The notes: generated by a model from the letters alone, not told the origin. DNA of 64,000 nucleotides from Nitrospirota bacterium (GCA_963710375.1 CAVPZX010000005.1:288001-352000), one strand, 5' to 3'. Positions 38,860-50,481 are shown, counted from the first letter of the stretch. A program made the numbers and translations.

Positions 38860-40251
38860 ATGAAAGCGCTTATTTTAGCAGGAGGAGGCGGGACCAGGCT
38901 TTGGCCTTTGTCCAGGAGGAACTACCCCAAGCAGTTTCTAAAGATAAACAGTGATAAATCGCTCCTTCAACAGACCGCTGAAAGACTTCTTAAAGTGATG
39001 ACCCTGGATGACCTTGTTGTTGTGACGAACGCCAAATATAAGTTTTATGTGAAATCCGACCTCCCTGACATAAAACATTTGATATTTGAGCCTGCGGGCA
39101 GAAATACGGCTCCTGCCACGGCTCTCAGCATTAAATACTTCCTGGAAAAGCTCGGATGCCACGAGGATGAAGTCATATTAATGTGCCCTTCGGACCATGT
39201 GATACGGCCCGATGAAAAATTTGCAGAATACATTGAACTCGCCGAAACAATAGCCAGAAAAGGCTATATAGTAACATTCGGCGTAAAGCCTGACAGGCCT
39301 GAACCGGGTTACGGCTATATAAAAGCAGGCAAAGGCCAAAGCGCAAAGAGCAAAGGCAAACACATAACTTTCTTTGAAGTGGAGAAATTTGTAGAGAAAC
39401 CTGACATGGAAACAGCCCGGAGATATGTGAATGACGGCTCCTATTATTGGAATTCGGGGATGTTTGCCTTCAGCATCAAAACGATGCTCGATGAAATGGG
39501 CAGGCACTCGCCTGAAATGAAAGGACTGCATACTCAGGGATTCGATGATATGCTGTCCGGCTTTGAGCGTATGCCCGACATCTCTATAGATTATGCGGTC
39601 ATGGAGAAATCAGACAGGGTGGTTATTGTGCCCCTTGACCTATATTGGAATGACATAGGCTCCTGGGATTCGCTTTACGACGTGCTTGATAAAGATGAAG
39701 AGAGGAACGTAACGCAGGGCGATGTCCTTGTAATAGATACAAAGGGAACTCTTGTTTTGGGGAATAAGCGTCAGATTACCACCATAGGGCTTAATGATTG
39801 TCTTATTGTTGAAACAGATGACGCAATACTAGTGGCGAAAAAAGGATCGGCGGAGAAAGTAAAAGAGGCGGTAAGCAGGCTGCATAAGGCGTCGAGGAGC
39901 GAAGTGGAAGACCACGTTACAACCTACAGGCCATGGGGCAGCTATACTGTCCTTGAGGATGGCCTGCGGTACAAGATAAAAAGGATAGTAGTGAATCCGA
40001 ATGAAAAATTAAGCCTACAGTTGCACTACCACCGGTCTGAGCATTGGGTTGTGGTTAAAGGCACTGCCAAAGTATTGGTCGGAGACAAGGAGATGCATAT
40101 CCATGAAAATGAATCGGCATATGTCCCGAAATCGACCATGCACAGGCTTGAAAATCCCGGCAAAGTCCCTCTCGAAATTATAGAGGTCCAGAACGGTGAA
40201 TATGTGGGAGAAGATGATATTATAAGGATGGAAGACAAGTACGACAGATAA
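38860..40251 (+). CDS. manC: Mannose-1-phosphate guanylyltransferase/mannose-6-phosphate isomerase
   Basis: ILAGGGGTRLWPLSR..PKQF, RNTAPA, SIDYAVME, C-terminal cupin RPWG..HRSEHW. Confidence 0.96.
   Translation: MKALILAGGGGTRLWPLSRRNYPKQFLKINSDKSLLQQTAERLLKVMTLDDLVVVTNAKYKFYVKSDLPDIKHLIFEPAGRNTAPATALSIKYFLEKLGCHEDEVILMCPSDHVIRPDEKFAEYIELAETIARKGYIVTFGVKPDRPEPGYGYIKAGKGQSAKSKGKHITFFEVEKFVEKPDMETARRYVNDGSYYWNSGMFAFSIKTMLDEMGRHSPEMKGLHTQGFDDMLSGFERMPDISIDYAVMEKSDRVVIVPLDLYWNDIGSWDSLYDVLDKDEERNVTQGDVLVIDTKGTLVLGNKRQITTIGLNDCLIVETDDAILVAKKGSAEKVKEAVSRLHKASRSEVEDHVTTYRPWGSYTVLEDGLRYKIKRIVVNPNEKLSLQLHYHRSEHWVVVKGTAKVLVGDKEMHIHENESAYVPKSTMHRLENPGKVPLEIIEVQNGEYVGEDDIIRMEDKYDR
39328..39360 (+). repeat. 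In-frame heptamer tract in manC (single arm)
   Basis: GGCAAAG GCCAAAG CGCAAAG AGCAAAG GCAAA encodes GKGQSAKSKGK after YGYIK. Confidence 0.75.
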
Positions 40252-40257
40252 AGGACA

Positions 40258-40337
40258 AAAACCGAAGGTGCGAAGATGTGAAGATGCGAAGATGAGCAAA
40301 ATCCCTCCCAACTTCTCAACTTCTCAACTTCGGTTTT
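40258..40337. repeat. Microsatellite hairpin, GAAG(A/T)TGN family
   Basis: AAAACCGAAGGTGCGAAGATGTGAAGATGCGAAGATG, then CAACTTCTCAACTTCTCAACTTCGGTTTT. Confidence 0.88.
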
Positions 40338-40349
40338 TGCGGAGGGTGA

Positions 40350-41678
40350 ATGAAAATATCTATTATCGGCACCGGTTATGTGGGTTTAGTCACTGGCGCC
40401 TGTATGGCACAAATGGGGAATAACGTAATCTGTGTTGACGTGAATGAGGAAAAAATAGAGAACCTGAAAAAAGGCGCTATCCCCATATATGAACGGGGAC
40501 TGGCATCAATGGTGCTGGAGAACTTCAGGCTGGGCACGCTGCATTTTACGACTTACTTAAAAGAGGCGTTGGACAACAGCGAGATATGCTGCATTGCTGT
40601 CGGCACCCCTATGGGAGGGGACGGCAATGCCGATATGCAGTATGTGTTGCAGGTGGCGCGGGATATAGGGAAAAACATGTCTCATTATATGATTGTGGTG
40701 GACAAGTCCACCGTGCCCGTTGGCACTGCAGATAAGGTCAGAGAGATTATTCAGGAAGAATTGCGGGGTAGGGGATCACAAATTACATTTGATGTGGTCT
40801 CCAATCCGGAATTTCTGAAGGAAGGCTCGGCGATTGAGGATTTCATGCGGCCTGACAGGGTCGTGGTAGGCGCGGACAATCTACACGCCCTTGAGAAGAT
40901 AAAAGAACTTTACGGGCCGTTTACCAAGAACCACGAGCGGCTGATTGCGATGGACATCAGAAGCGCCGAGATGACCAAATATGCGGCCAATGCCATGCTG
41001 GCGACAAAGATATCATTTATGAACGAGATCGCCAATATCTGCGAAAAAGTAGGCGCCGATGTCAATAAAGTGAGGATCGGCATAGGCAGTGACAGCAGGA
41101 TCGGCTACAGCTTCATTTATCCCGGGTGCGGTTTTGGAGGAAGTTGTTTTCCCAAGGACGTAAGGGCACTGGAAAAACTGGCACTCGAAAACGGCCATGC
41201 TCCGGAAATACTCAAGGCAGTGCAGACGGTAAATGAAAGGCAGAAAAAGGTGCTGGCGGAAAAGGTGATAAAGAAGTTCGGCAAAGACTTAAGCTCTTGC
41301 ACCTTTGCTGTATGGGGTCTTTCTTTTAAACCCGAAACCGATGATACGAGAGATGCATCAAGCATAACAATTATAAACGAACTCACTAGACAGGGGGCCG
41401 GAATAAAAGCCTATGACCCAAAGGCAATCGAAGTGGCAAGCAAATTTTATCTCAAAGGTAATAAGAATATTGAATATGTGAGCTCAAAATATGATGCGCT
41501 CTCCGGTGCGGATGCCTTGCTGCTCATAACGGAATGGAAAGAGTTCAGAAGCCCTGATTTCGATGAAATGGCAAAACGCCTCAAGAACAAGATTATTTTT
41601 GACGGCAGAAACCAATACAACAAAGAGAAAATGCATGAACTGGGATTTGAATACCACCAGATAGGAGTGGCAAGTTAG
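40350..41678 (+). CDS. ugd: UDP-glucose 6-dehydrogenase
   Basis: [39 protein letters not shown]. Confidence 0.95.
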   Translation: MKISIIGTGYVGLVTGACMAQMGNNVICVDVNEEKIENLKKGAIPIYERGLASMVLENFRLGTLHFTTYLKEALDNSEICCIAVGTPMGGDGNADMQYVLQVARDIGKNMSHYMIVVDKSTVPVGTADKVREIIQEELRGRGSQITFDVVSNPEFLKEGSAIEDFMRPDRVVVGADNLHALEKIKELYGPFTKNHERLIAMDIRSAEMTKYAANAMLATKISFMNEIANICEKVGADVNKVRIGIGSDSRIGYSFIYPGCGFGGSCFPKDVRALEKLALENGHAPEILKAVQTVNERQKKVLAEKVIKKFGKDLSSCTFAVWGLSFKPETDDTRDASSITIINELTRQGAGIKAYDPKAIEVASKFYLKGNKNIEYVSSKYDALSGADALLLITEWKEFRSPDFDEMAKRLKNKIIFDGRNQYNKEKMHELGFEYHQIGVAS

Positions 41679-41697
41679 TGAAAGGAGATACTATCTG

Positions 41698-42645
41698 ATG
41701 AGCAAACGAATATTGGTTACCGGAGGCGCAGGGTTCCTCGGGTCACATCTTTGCGAGAAACTTGTGAACGAAGGAAACGAAGTCCTTTGCGCAGACAACT
41801 TTTATACAGGGCGCAGGGCGAATATCAGGCACCTTTTAAATAATCCCTATTTTGAAGTCATGCGGCATGACGTCTGTTTCCCTCTGTATGTAGAAGTCGA
41901 TGAAATATACAATCTTGCCTGTCCTGCCTCTCCGGTACACTACCAGTTCGATCCGGTACAGACAACTAAGACATCGGTCCATGGTGCGATAAACATGCTG
42001 GGATTGGCAAAGAGGGTCAAGGCAAAAATACTCCAGGCATCGACGAGTGAGGTCTATGGAGATCCGAACATTCACCCTCAGTGCGAGACGTACTGGGGTA
42101 ACGTCAATCCAGTAGGGATTCGTTCATGTTACGATGAAGGGAAGCGCTGCGCCGAAACACTCTTTTTTGATTATTACCGCCAACATAAGCTCAGAATAAA
42201 AGTGGCGCGGATCTTCAATACATACGGTCCCAGGATGTACCCGGACGACGGCCGGGTGGTGAGCAATTTTATCATCCAGGCGTTGAAAGGAGAGGATATC
42301 ACAGTATATGGCGACGGGAGCCAGACCAGAAGTTTTTGTTATGTTGACGACCTGATTGATGGGCTTGTCAAACTAATGGACAGCCCTGATGATCTCACGG
42401 GGCCGGTGAATCTTGGGAACCCGGTAGAATTCACTATTCTTGAACTGGCGGAGAAGGTGATCGCAATGACAGGCTCCAGGTCAAAGGTGGTTTATAAACC
42501 TTTGCCCCAGGATGATCCGATGCAAAGACAGCCTGACATAACATTGGCAAAAAAGGAACTGGGCTGGCATCCGGTGATACAGTTCGAAGAAGGTCTGAGA
42601 AGGACAATCAATTACTTTGAGACAATATTGAAATCCAATTATTAG
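41698..42645 (+). CDS. UDP-glucuronate decarboxylase (UDP-xylose synthase)-like
   Basis: [45 protein letters not shown]. Confidence 0.92.
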   Translation: MSKRILVTGGAGFLGSHLCEKLVNEGNEVLCADNFYTGRRANIRHLLNNPYFEVMRHDVCFPLYVEVDEIYNLACPASPVHYQFDPVQTTKTSVHGAINMLGLAKRVKAKILQASTSEVYGDPNIHPQCETYWGNVNPVGIRSCYDEGKRCAETLFFDYYRQHKLRIKVARIFNTYGPRMYPDDGRVVSNFIIQALKGEDITVYGDGSQTRSFCYVDDLIDGLVKLMDSPDDLTGPVNLGNPVEFTILELAEKVIAMTGSRSKVVYKPLPQDDPMQRQPDITLAKKELGWHPVIQFEEGLRRTINYFETILKSNY

Positions 42646-42659
42646 CCCACTTTATGGAA

Positions 42660-42863
42660 AAATTTTATACAAGGAGCAGTCAGGCCACAGTGCTTCACTC
42701 AACTGCCACCCCAAAGGTCTGCGACCTTTCGGGGACCCTATATTCTCGCAAGGCATCCAGCCTTGCTCCGAGGCTATGACAGCCTGTGTCACCATCCTTG
42801 GTGTCACTTAGGCTGTCAAAGTCCGCTCAGCACCATGTCCAGCCTGCTCCTTGTATAAAATTT
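42660..42863. mobile_element. 204-bp MITE-like element, family B
   Basis: Perfect 20-bp terminal inverted repeat AAATTTTATACAAGGAGCAG; several internal hairpins. Confidence 0.75.
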
Positions 42864-42891
42864 ATGAATAATATGGGCTGGATACGGCAAT

Positions 42892-44175
42892 ATGAAGATA
42901 ATATCTGCTGACAGATTTGGCAGTAATTTCCCTAAGGTTATTAAGAACACAAGCGCCACCATATTTATAAGGGGCTGTTTTGGGATCGCAAGGATACTCT
43001 TGCTATTGCTTATAGCAAGAAAATTTGGCCCAAATGACTTTGGCGCACTGTCGCTCGCTCTTTCCTTTGTCGAGATTTTCAAGGTTGTAGCTGACTTTGG
43101 CGTCGATACTGTTATCCTCAGGCGATTTGTTCTCAATAAGTTGCTTTCGGAAAGGCTTCTTGGGAATGCGTTGACGCTTAAAATATTAAGCGCTACTGTC
43201 GCTTACATTATTGCAAATGTATTATGCTGGTTGATTTATAAAAATGTCGCGGCCTTTCAACTTCTTTTGATCATCGCTGCATCGCTTTATACCACCCTGT
43301 TCGTTAATGCGTTTGTGAGCTATTTCCAGGCAAACCTCAACGCTGCCAGGATTATTGCGCCTAATGTTATAAGTATGCTGATCTACGTTGGTCTGACTCT
43401 TTTCGGGTTTTATGCTGACTGGTCACTGGTTGTCCTTGTGCTCATTATTCCCTTAAGTGAGCTTATAAATCTCCTTGCTACGTCAAAAGTATACTCATCG
43501 CTGTCTCCCATAAGGCTATGTCTCGATAAGAAGATTATATGGAGTATTGTCCGGGACAGTCTTCCGGTCGGCATAGCGGGTATTATTGTTATCCTTTACT
43601 CCAGGATGGATATTCTTATGATCGGATGGTTTATGGGCCAGCAGAAATTGGGGGAGTATTCGTTTGCATACCGTATGACGGAGCCTTTTTTGCTTATATT
43701 CTCTTCGCTTTCCATATCAGTTTATGCTTTTTTTTCCGGCTTGAGCAAACCTGCTGATTTGTTAAAGGTAAGGCAAAAGATAATACAGGTGATGACACCT
43801 GTTGTGATTGTCAGCGCCGCCTGCGCTCTTTCCCTCTCCTTTTCTGCAAAGTGGGTGACGAAGCTGATCTCCAATCAATATGTAGAATCAGCCGGAGTTT
43901 TGCCTGTATTAGCGTGGGCCATAGTATTTAAGGCTGTAAATGCACAGCTTACTGCCTTTATAAACTCCAAGGGAAAATATAGGTTCATTACAGTTATAGC
44001 GATGAACAATTTAATAATTAACGTTATTCTTAATTTGCTCCTTATTCCAAGATTCGGCCTTGTAGGCGCTGCGCTCGCAGTAGTATTGACCGAGGCAATT
44101 AATACCGTAATTCAGAGCGGATGTATAGCATATCTGTTCTCTTTTTCGTTGAGGGGGGCTAAGGAAAGTGGATAA
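42892..44175 (+). CDS. wzx: Wzx/MOP-family flippase
   Basis: About 12 TM, ARKFGPNDFG, ADFGV, YSRMDILMI, LIPRFGLVGAALA. Confidence 0.9.
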   Translation: MKIISADRFGSNFPKVIKNTSATIFIRGCFGIARILLLLLIARKFGPNDFGALSLALSFVEIFKVVADFGVDTVILRRFVLNKLLSERLLGNALTLKILSATVAYIIANVLCWLIYKNVAAFQLLLIIAASLYTTLFVNAFVSYFQANLNAARIIAPNVISMLIYVGLTLFGFYADWSLVVLVLIIPLSELINLLATSKVYSSLSPIRLCLDKKIIWSIVRDSLPVGIAGIIVILYSRMDILMIGWFMGQQKLGEYSFAYRMTEPFLLIFSSLSISVYAFFSGLSKPADLLKVRQKIIQVMTPVVIVSAACALSLSFSAKWVTKLISNQYVESAGVLPVLAWAIVFKAVNAQLTAFINSKGKYRFITVIAMNNLIINVILNLLLIPRFGLVGAALAVVLTEAINTVIQSGCIAYLFSFSLRGAKESG

Positions 44176-44812
44176 TGGATCGTTTTCGAGTATAAGCCTT
44201 TTTTCTGAATTAACTAGCGAGGAGTTAACTGAAGTTCATCAGAAACAGTATGTTCGTTACTTTAAGGATGCTCCGGGCGCTGTTTTGGAAATAGGCTGTG
44301 GCAGGGGAGTTATGCTCCGCATGTTACAGGAGGCGGGGATACAGGCATATGGAATCGATTCCTCTGAAGAATCCGTTAATTTATGCGAAGGGAAAGGCGT
44401 AAAGGTGTTGCAGGATGATGCTGCTCATCATTTAGCAGATCTCCCCGATGCATCTTTAGGCGGAATTTTCTGCGCCCACATGATAGAGCACATGCAACCT
44501 GAGTATGTCATTAAATTGATTAAGGAGAGCCACAGAGTACTTAGGCCAGGTGCTGTGTTTATTATTATTACTCCGAATGCAAAAGACCTCAGGACAACAG
44601 AACGGTTCTGGATGGACATTTCTCATGTCAGGCTTTATCCTGAAAAGTTATTAACGGCAATCCTGAAAAAGGCAGGTTTCAACGAAATAAAGATAACAGA
44701 GGGAAAAGAGCCGGGCAGGAATTTTTTAGTGACGATCGCAAAAAAAATATTGAAAATATGGTTTATGGGTTTCATGTTCAGAGGAGACCTGGTTGTTACC
44801 GTGAGACGATGA
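44168..44812 (+). CDS. Class I SAM-dependent methyltransferase
   Basis: LEIGCGRG, HMIEHM, LRPG...TPN, FWMDISH. Confidence 0.88.
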   Translation: MDNGSFSSISLFSELTSEELTEVHQKQYVRYFKDAPGAVLEIGCGRGVMLRMLQEAGIQAYGIDSSEESVNLCEGKGVKVLQDDAAHHLADLPDASLGGIFCAHMIEHMQPEYVIKLIKESHRVLRPGAVFIIITPNAKDLRTTERFWMDISHVRLYPEKLLTAILKKAGFNEIKITEGKEPGRNFLVTIAKKILKIWFMGFMFRGDLVVTVRR

Positions 44813-45937
44813 GAGTATTGATGATCTCAAAGGCGCTGGTTGTCGGCGCATACCATAAAAAGCTTGAGGAGATTGCAAAGCTCGGAGTGGACTTGCACCT
44901 TGTGGTCCCACAATCCTGGGGACATCAAAAATTAGAAATAAGAAAAGGGAACGGGTATACCATATCCCCCCTGAGATTGTTTTTTAACGGCAAAAACCAT
45001 TTCCATTTTTATATTGACCTTGGCAATACCATTAAAAAAATTAAGCCCGACATAGTTCATATAGATGAAGAGCATTATAGTATAGTTACCTTCCAGGCAA
45101 TGAGACTGGCAAAACAGGCAAATGCCTAGAGTGCTTTTTTTCACATGGCAGAACATATATAAAAGATATCCTTTCCCGTTTTCATCTATTCAGAAATACG
45201 TTTTTAAAAATGCGGATAGCGCCATAGCCGGAAATGAGGAGGCTAAAGATACTTTGAAAAGAAAAGGATTCGATAAGAATATAACTGTAATTCCACAATT
45301 TGGCGTGGATCCTGATATTTTCAAAAAAATCACCTTCAGCGATACGAGAAGCGACATAGGGCTGGTGGCGGATAAATTTATAGTGGGGTTTATGGGGAGA
45401 CTGGTTGAGGAGAAGGGGGTCCTAGATCTCATACGGGCAGTTGCACGTGTAAAAGGGAGAGAAAACTTGTTGCTTTTACTCATAGGGAGCGGTCCTTTGG
45501 GAAAAAAGATAATCGATCTTGCCGCACGTGAAGAACTGGGGCAGAACATTAAACTTATTGATCAAGTGCCTTCAATGGATGTCCCTTTATACATGAATTG
45601 TTTTGATTGCCTTGTCTTGCCGTCACGGACCAGGCCGAACTGGAAGGAGCAATTCGGCAGGGTATTAATAGAAGCTATGGCATGTGAGATTCCTGTAATA
45701 GGCTCCAGTTCAGGAGAAATCCCAAACGTTATCGCAGATGCCGGTATGGTATTCCAGGAGGGGGACATAGATGATCTCGCGAAGAGGATCGAATTGCTTT
45801 TAGATGATAAAGAGCTGAGAGCATCTCTGGGTAAAAAAGGGCGTGAAAGGGTTTTGGACTGGTATACTCAGAAGAAGATAGCAGTAGATACATACAGAAT
45901 TTATGAGGATTTGATGTCAAAACAGGCTTCAGTATGA
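44809..45937 (+). pseudogene. GT4 glycosyltransferase split by a +1 frameshift at about 45127 (possibly an error)
   Basis: MRVLMISKA...HIDEEH, then FTWQN...GRLVEEKG...EQFGRVLIEAMAC in the next frame. Confidence 0.82.
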
Positions 45938-46998
45938 GTATCTATGTTAATGCAAGATTCTTAACGCAAAGGATAACGGGAGTTCAGCGATATGCGATTG
46001 AGATATCTAGGCAGTTGAAAATTTTGGGCCCGGATATAAAGTTTGTCGCCCCGGGGAATATTATCCACGAAGATTTGGCAGAGGAGTTAAATTTTGTTGC
46101 ACATGGTAAAATGTCAGGGCATTTGTGGGAGCAATTGGAGCTTCCTCGATTCTTAAAGAAAAGGGGCAATCCTTTGCTGATTAATCTTGGAAACACATCC
46201 CCCTTATATTACAAAAATAAAATTGTCGCAATTTATGATGTGTCTTTTTTGAGAAACCCGAAGTGGTTTTCAAAAAAGTTTTATTACTATTATAAATTTG
46301 TAGTTGCGAGAGCTGCCAGGGAAGCCATAAAAATCATTACTGTTAGTGAGTTCTCAAAAAAGGAGATACGCGAACTGCTCGATATCCCTGAAGATAAGAT
46401 AGAGATTGTTTACGGTGCTGCTCCAGAGGAAACAGGGGCTGAAATCGGCAAAGACATGTCCCGGCGCGGGAGATACATTCTCGCAGTATCATCTCTGGAC
46501 CCGAGGAAGAACCTTAAAAATCTGATAACCGCTTTTATCGGCAGCGGGATAAAAGGTATGAAGCTTGTTATCGTGGGATCCCGTAACACCATTTTCAGAC
46601 ATAAAGAATTCAGGGAAGCGATTGGCTCGAATCCTGACATAATCTTTACCGGATATGTTTCTGATCATGACCTGATGGGCCTTTATAGTGGAGCGGAGCT
46701 TTTTGTTTACCCTTCCATTTATGAGGGCTTTGGGATTCCTCCGTTGGAAGCTATGGCATGCGGGTGTCCTGTTATTGTTTCCAGGGCAGCAAGTCTCCCG
46801 GAGGTTTGCGGGGATGCCGCTTTATATGTGAACCCTCATGATATTGATGACATAAAGAGGGCCATGTCTGAAATTTTGGGCAACGGAGAGCTGCGGCAGG
46901 AGCTGATATTAAAGGGGAGGGAAAGGGTAAAACTCTTCAGCTGGAACGATTCGGCAAAAAGGCTTCTGAAAATAATTCAGGGAGTTGTGAACAATTGA
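45934..46998 (+). CDS. GT4 glycosyltransferase (MtfB/WbpX-like)
   Basis: [33 protein letters not shown]. Confidence 0.92.
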   Translation: MSIYVNARFLTQRITGVQRYAIEISRQLKILGPDIKFVAPGNIIHEDLAEELNFVAHGKMSGHLWEQLELPRFLKKRGNPLLINLGNTSPLYYKNKIVAIYDVSFLRNPKWFSKKFYYYYKFVVARAAREAIKIITVSEFSKKEIRELLDIPEDKIEIVYGAAPEETGAEIGKDMSRRGRYILAVSSLDPRKNLKNLITAFIGSGIKGMKLVIVGSRNTIFRHKEFREAIGSNPDIIFTGYVSDHDLMGLYSGAELFVYPSIYEGFGIPPLEAMACGCPVIVSRAASLPEVCGDAALYVNPHDIDDIKRAMSEILGNGELRQELILKGRERVKLFSWNDSAKRLLKIIQGVVNN

Positions 46999-48116
46999 AA
47001 ATAGCTGTAGTCCATGACTGGCTGGTAAATTATGCTGGATCGGAAAGGGCTTTAGAGCAGATAATACAGCTTTATCCATCCGCCGATTTATTCAGCCTGG
47101 TCGATTTTTTACCAGAGGGAGAAAGGACTTTTATTTTAGATAAAACTGTCCGCACATCGTTTATACAGAAAATCCCTTTTGCAAAAAAGAGATACCGGAG
47201 TTATCTGCCTTTGATGCCTTTTGCTGTGGAGCAGTTTGATCTTTCCAAATATGATCTGATTATTTCTTCCTGTCATGCAGTGTCAAAGGGTGTATTGACA
47301 AAGAGCTACCAGCTTCATATTTGCTATTGTTATACGCCGATACGCTACGCGTGGGACCTTTATCATCAATATTTAAAAGAGTCCGGATTGAACGCAGGCG
47401 TTAAAGGTTTTTTTGCTAAACTGTCCCTTCACTATATACGATTGTGGGATTATGCGGCGGCCGCCAGGGTGAATTACTTCGTTGCCATCTCTGATTTTAC
47501 AGCTGAAAGGATCAAAAGGATTTATGGAAGGGATGCCGCTGTTATTTATCCTCCGGTCGATATTGATGCTTTTCACATCTCCCCGCTAAAAAAGGAGGAC
47601 TTTTATTTTACTGCCTCAAGGATGGTCCCGTACAAAAAGATCGATCTTATTGTAGAGGCATTTTCAAAAATGCCGGGGAAAAAACTTATTGTCGCAGGCG
47701 ATGGCCCTGATTTCAGAAAGATAAAATCGAAGGCGGCCAGAAATGTGGAATTTTTGGGTTATCAAACTGCTGATATGCTCCGTAGTTACATGCAACGTGC
47801 CAAAGCCTTTGTTTTCGCGGCTGAAGAGGATTTCGGCATCATCCCTGTTGAAGCTCAGGCCTGCGGGACCCCTGTTATAGCATACGGTAGGGGAGGGGCG
47901 CGTGAAACCGTTATCGAGAACAAAACAGGAGTTTTCTTTGGGGAGCAGAATGTTGAAAGCTTAATCAGCGCAGTAAATAACTTTGAGAAAAATCAGGATT
48001 CCTTTAGCATGGCTGAGGCAAGGAAGAATGCCGAGAGATTCGGCAGAGAAAGGTTTAAAACAGAATTCAAGGCGTTTGTAGAAGAAAAAGTGATAGAATA
48101 CAGGTCAGGGGCGTAA
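46995..48116 (+). CDS. GT4 mannosyltransferase (WbaZ-like)
   Basis: VHDWL...GSER, TPIRYAWD, SRMVPYK, EDFGIIPVEAQACG. Confidence 0.9.
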   Translation: MKIAVVHDWLVNYAGSERALEQIIQLYPSADLFSLVDFLPEGERTFILDKTVRTSFIQKIPFAKKRYRSYLPLMPFAVEQFDLSKYDLIISSCHAVSKGVLTKSYQLHICYCYTPIRYAWDLYHQYLKESGLNAGVKGFFAKLSLHYIRLWDYAAAARVNYFVAISDFTAERIKRIYGRDAAVIYPPVDIDAFHISPLKKEDFYFTASRMVPYKKIDLIVEAFSKMPGKKLIVAGDGPDFRKIKSKAARNVEFLGYQTADMLRSYMQRAKAFVFAAEEDFGIIPVEAQACGTPVIAYGRGGARETVIENKTGVFFGEQNVESLISAVNNFEKNQDSFSMAEARKNAERFGRERFKTEFKAFVEEKVIEYRSGA

Positions 48117-48119
48117 GAT

Positions 48120-49004
48120 ATGAAAGGTATCATTCTGGCAGGCGGAAGCGGCACGAGACTTTACCCGGTGACTTTGTCGGTGTGCAAGCAGCTTCTGCCT
48201 GTTTACGACAAGCCTCTGATTTACTATCCGCTTTCGGTGCTTATGCTTGCAGGCATAAGGGAAATACTGATCATCTCAACACCCCAGGATCTGCCGAGAT
48301 TCAGGGAAATATTTAATACCGGCTCACAATTGGGATTGAGTTTTTCATATAAGGAGCAGTCCCGGCCGAATGGCATTGCCGAGGCTTTTTTGCTGGGAGA
48401 AGAGTTTATCGGCAGCGATGACGTATGCCTTATATTGGGAGATAATATCTTTCATGGCCACGGTTTTACCGATTTGCTGAATAAGGCAGTGAGTGATATA
48501 ACGGCCCGGAGGGGTGCGACCGTATTTGGTTATTATGTCAACGATCCCGAGCGGTACGGAGTAATCGAATGTGACAAAAAAAACAAGGTCCTTTCAATTG
48601 AAGAAAAGCCCAAAATGCCCAAATCTAATTATGCTGTAACAGGGCTCTATTTTTATGATAACAATGTTACTGAGATTTCGAGGAAGATTAAGCCTTCCCG
48701 GCGGGGAGAACTGGAGATAACAGATGTTAACAAGGAGTATCTGAAAGAAGGAAACCTGAGGGTCGAGTTCCTCGGAAGGGGTTACGCTTGGCTTGATACA
48801 GGCACCCACGAAAGCCTTCTTGAAGCAGGCGAATTTATCTCCACCATAGAAAAACGTCAGGGATTGAAGATAGCCTGTATAGAGGAAATTGCTTACCAGT
48901 TGGGCTATATAGATGGCGATCAGCTTTTAAAGCTCGCTAAACCTCTTAAAAAGAACGGATACGGGCAGTATCTTTTAAAAATATTGAAAGAAGAGAGGCT
49001 ATAG
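48120..49004 (+). CDS. rmlA: Glucose-1-phosphate thymidylyltransferase
   Basis: [42 protein letters not shown]. Confidence 0.97.
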   Translation: MKGIILAGGSGTRLYPVTLSVCKQLLPVYDKPLIYYPLSVLMLAGIREILIISTPQDLPRFREIFNTGSQLGLSFSYKEQSRPNGIAEAFLLGEEFIGSDDVCLILGDNIFHGHGFTDLLNKAVSDITARRGATVFGYYVNDPERYGVIECDKKNKVLSIEEKPKMPKSNYAVTGLYFYDNNVTEISRKIKPSRRGELEITDVNKEYLKEGNLRVEFLGRGYAWLDTGTHESLLEAGEFISTIEKRQGLKIACIEEIAYQLGYIDGDQLLKLAKPLKKNGYGQYLLKILKEERL

Positions 49005-49079
49005 GCAATGGGCTATAGGCAATGGGCAAAAACTAAAAAAACTTCGTCCCTATTGCCTATAGCCTATTGCCCATAGCCT
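48996..49079. repeat. Microsatellite hairpin, (A/G)GGC(A/T)AT heptamer family
   Basis: AGGCTAT AGGCAAT GGGCTAT AGGCAAT GGGC, then CCCTATTGCCTATAGCCTATTGCCCATAGCCT. Confidence 0.9.
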
Positions 49080-49088
49080 GTATTTATC

Positions 49089-49631
49089 ATGCCATTCACT
49101 TTCAAAACACTTTCTCTGCCAGGAGTTGTTCTTATTACTTCTCAAGCTTTTGCTGATGCGCGGGGGGTTTTTGGCGAGATATATAAGCATTCTGAATTTT
49201 CCAGTGCAGGCGTGCGGGAATTTTTTGTGCAGGACAACTATTCCAAGTCTTCGCAACACGTGTTAAGAGGACTGCATTACCAAAAGGAACCTATGGCACA
49301 GGGGAAACTGGTGCGGTGTATAAAAGGCATGGTTTTTGATGTGGCAGTCGATATACGAAAAGGATCGCATACATATGGGAAATGGGTCGGCGTTGAGTTG
49401 TCCGAAGAAAATAATCAGATGCTCTATATACCCCCCGCCTTTGCTCATGGTTTTATAGTGCTGAGCGAAGTTGCGGAAATCATCTATAAATGTACAGAGG
49501 AATACTCGCCTGAACACGAGAGGGGGATAATATGGAATGATCCTGTTATAGATATTGACTGGCCGGTAAGAGACCCGGTGCTCTCCGAGAAAGACAAAGC
49601 GCTGCCTTTGCTGAAAGATGCGGATATATGA
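49089..49631 (+). CDS. rmlC: dTDP-4-dehydrorhamnose 3,5-epimerase
   Basis: DARG, VQDN.S.S, LRGLHYQ, DVAVDIR, FAHGF, YKC. Confidence 0.96.
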   Translation: MPFTFKTLSLPGVVLITSQAFADARGVFGEIYKHSEFSSAGVREFFVQDNYSKSSQHVLRGLHYQKEPMAQGKLVRCIKGMVFDVAVDIRKGSHTYGKWVGVELSEENNQMLYIPPAFAHGFIVLSEVAEIIYKCTEEYSPEHERGIIWNDPVIDIDWPVRDPVLSEKDKALPLLKDADI

Positions 49632-50479
49632 ATGTATTGATTACAGGTGCGAATGGACAGCTTGCTGTTGAGTTCCGGCGATATTTCGAACGCACCGGAA
49701 CGCACCGGTTAACTGCATTAAGCAAAAAAGAACTCGATATTTCCAATTTCGAATCGGTTTCCGAGGCCTTATCAGTTAATGACCCTTCAGTCGTCATAAA
49801 TTGTGCAGCTTACAACCTTGTGGACAGAGCCGAGGACGACAGGGATGCAGCTTTTCGCGTGAATGCCGCAGGGGTGAAAAATCTTGCAGCTTTGTGCAGG
49901 AAGAACAAGGCACTATTAATCCACTATAGCACCGATTATGTTTTTGACGGATCAAAAGAAAATTATTATACCGAGGCAGACAGCACCTATCCATTGAATG
50001 TGTATGGAGAAAGCAAGTTGTCAGGAGAGCGGCTGCTGGCAGAAGAAAATGATGATTTTCTGCTATTCCGGGTAAGTTGGGTATTCGGTCAGGGGATTTC
50101 GAACTTTCTTTATAAACTGTCTGAATGGGCAAAAGACAGAGATGTTCTGAAAATAGTATGCAATCAGGTCTCTGTCCCGACCTATACAAATGATATTGTA
50201 AAGTATACAATGACTGCTTATGATAAGGGTTTGAGAGGTATTTACCATTTAACAAACGGCGGTTATGCCTCCCGGTATGAGCTTGCACGTTATTTCATCG
50301 AAAGGCTTGGACTCAAGAGGACAGTATTGCCCACTGACTCGCATTTTTTTAACGAGCGTGCCAGACGGCCGTATTTCTCCGCGATGTCGAATCGAAAACT
50401 GTCAAGAGACCTGGGCATGGAGATACCTGAGTGGACTGATGCCGTCGATAGATTTATAGAAAGGCAGAATAAAACATAA
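49628..50479 (+). CDS. rmlD: dTDP-4-dehydrorhamnose reductase
   Basis: TGANGQL, NCAAY, STDYVFDG, YGESK, RP. Confidence 0.95.
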   Translation: MNVLITGANGQLAVEFRRYFERTGTHRLTALSKKELDISNFESVSEALSVNDPSVVINCAAYNLVDRAEDDRDAAFRVNAAGVKNLAALCRKNKALLIHYSTDYVFDGSKENYYTEADSTYPLNVYGESKLSGERLLAEENDDFLLFRVSWVFGQGISNFLYKLSEWAKDRDVLKIVCNQVSVPTYTNDIVKYTMTAYDKGLRGIYHLTNGGYASRYELARYFIERLGLKRTVLPTDSHFFNERARRPYFSAMSNRKLSRDLGMEIPEWTDAVDRFIERQNKT

Positions 50480-50481
50480 GC

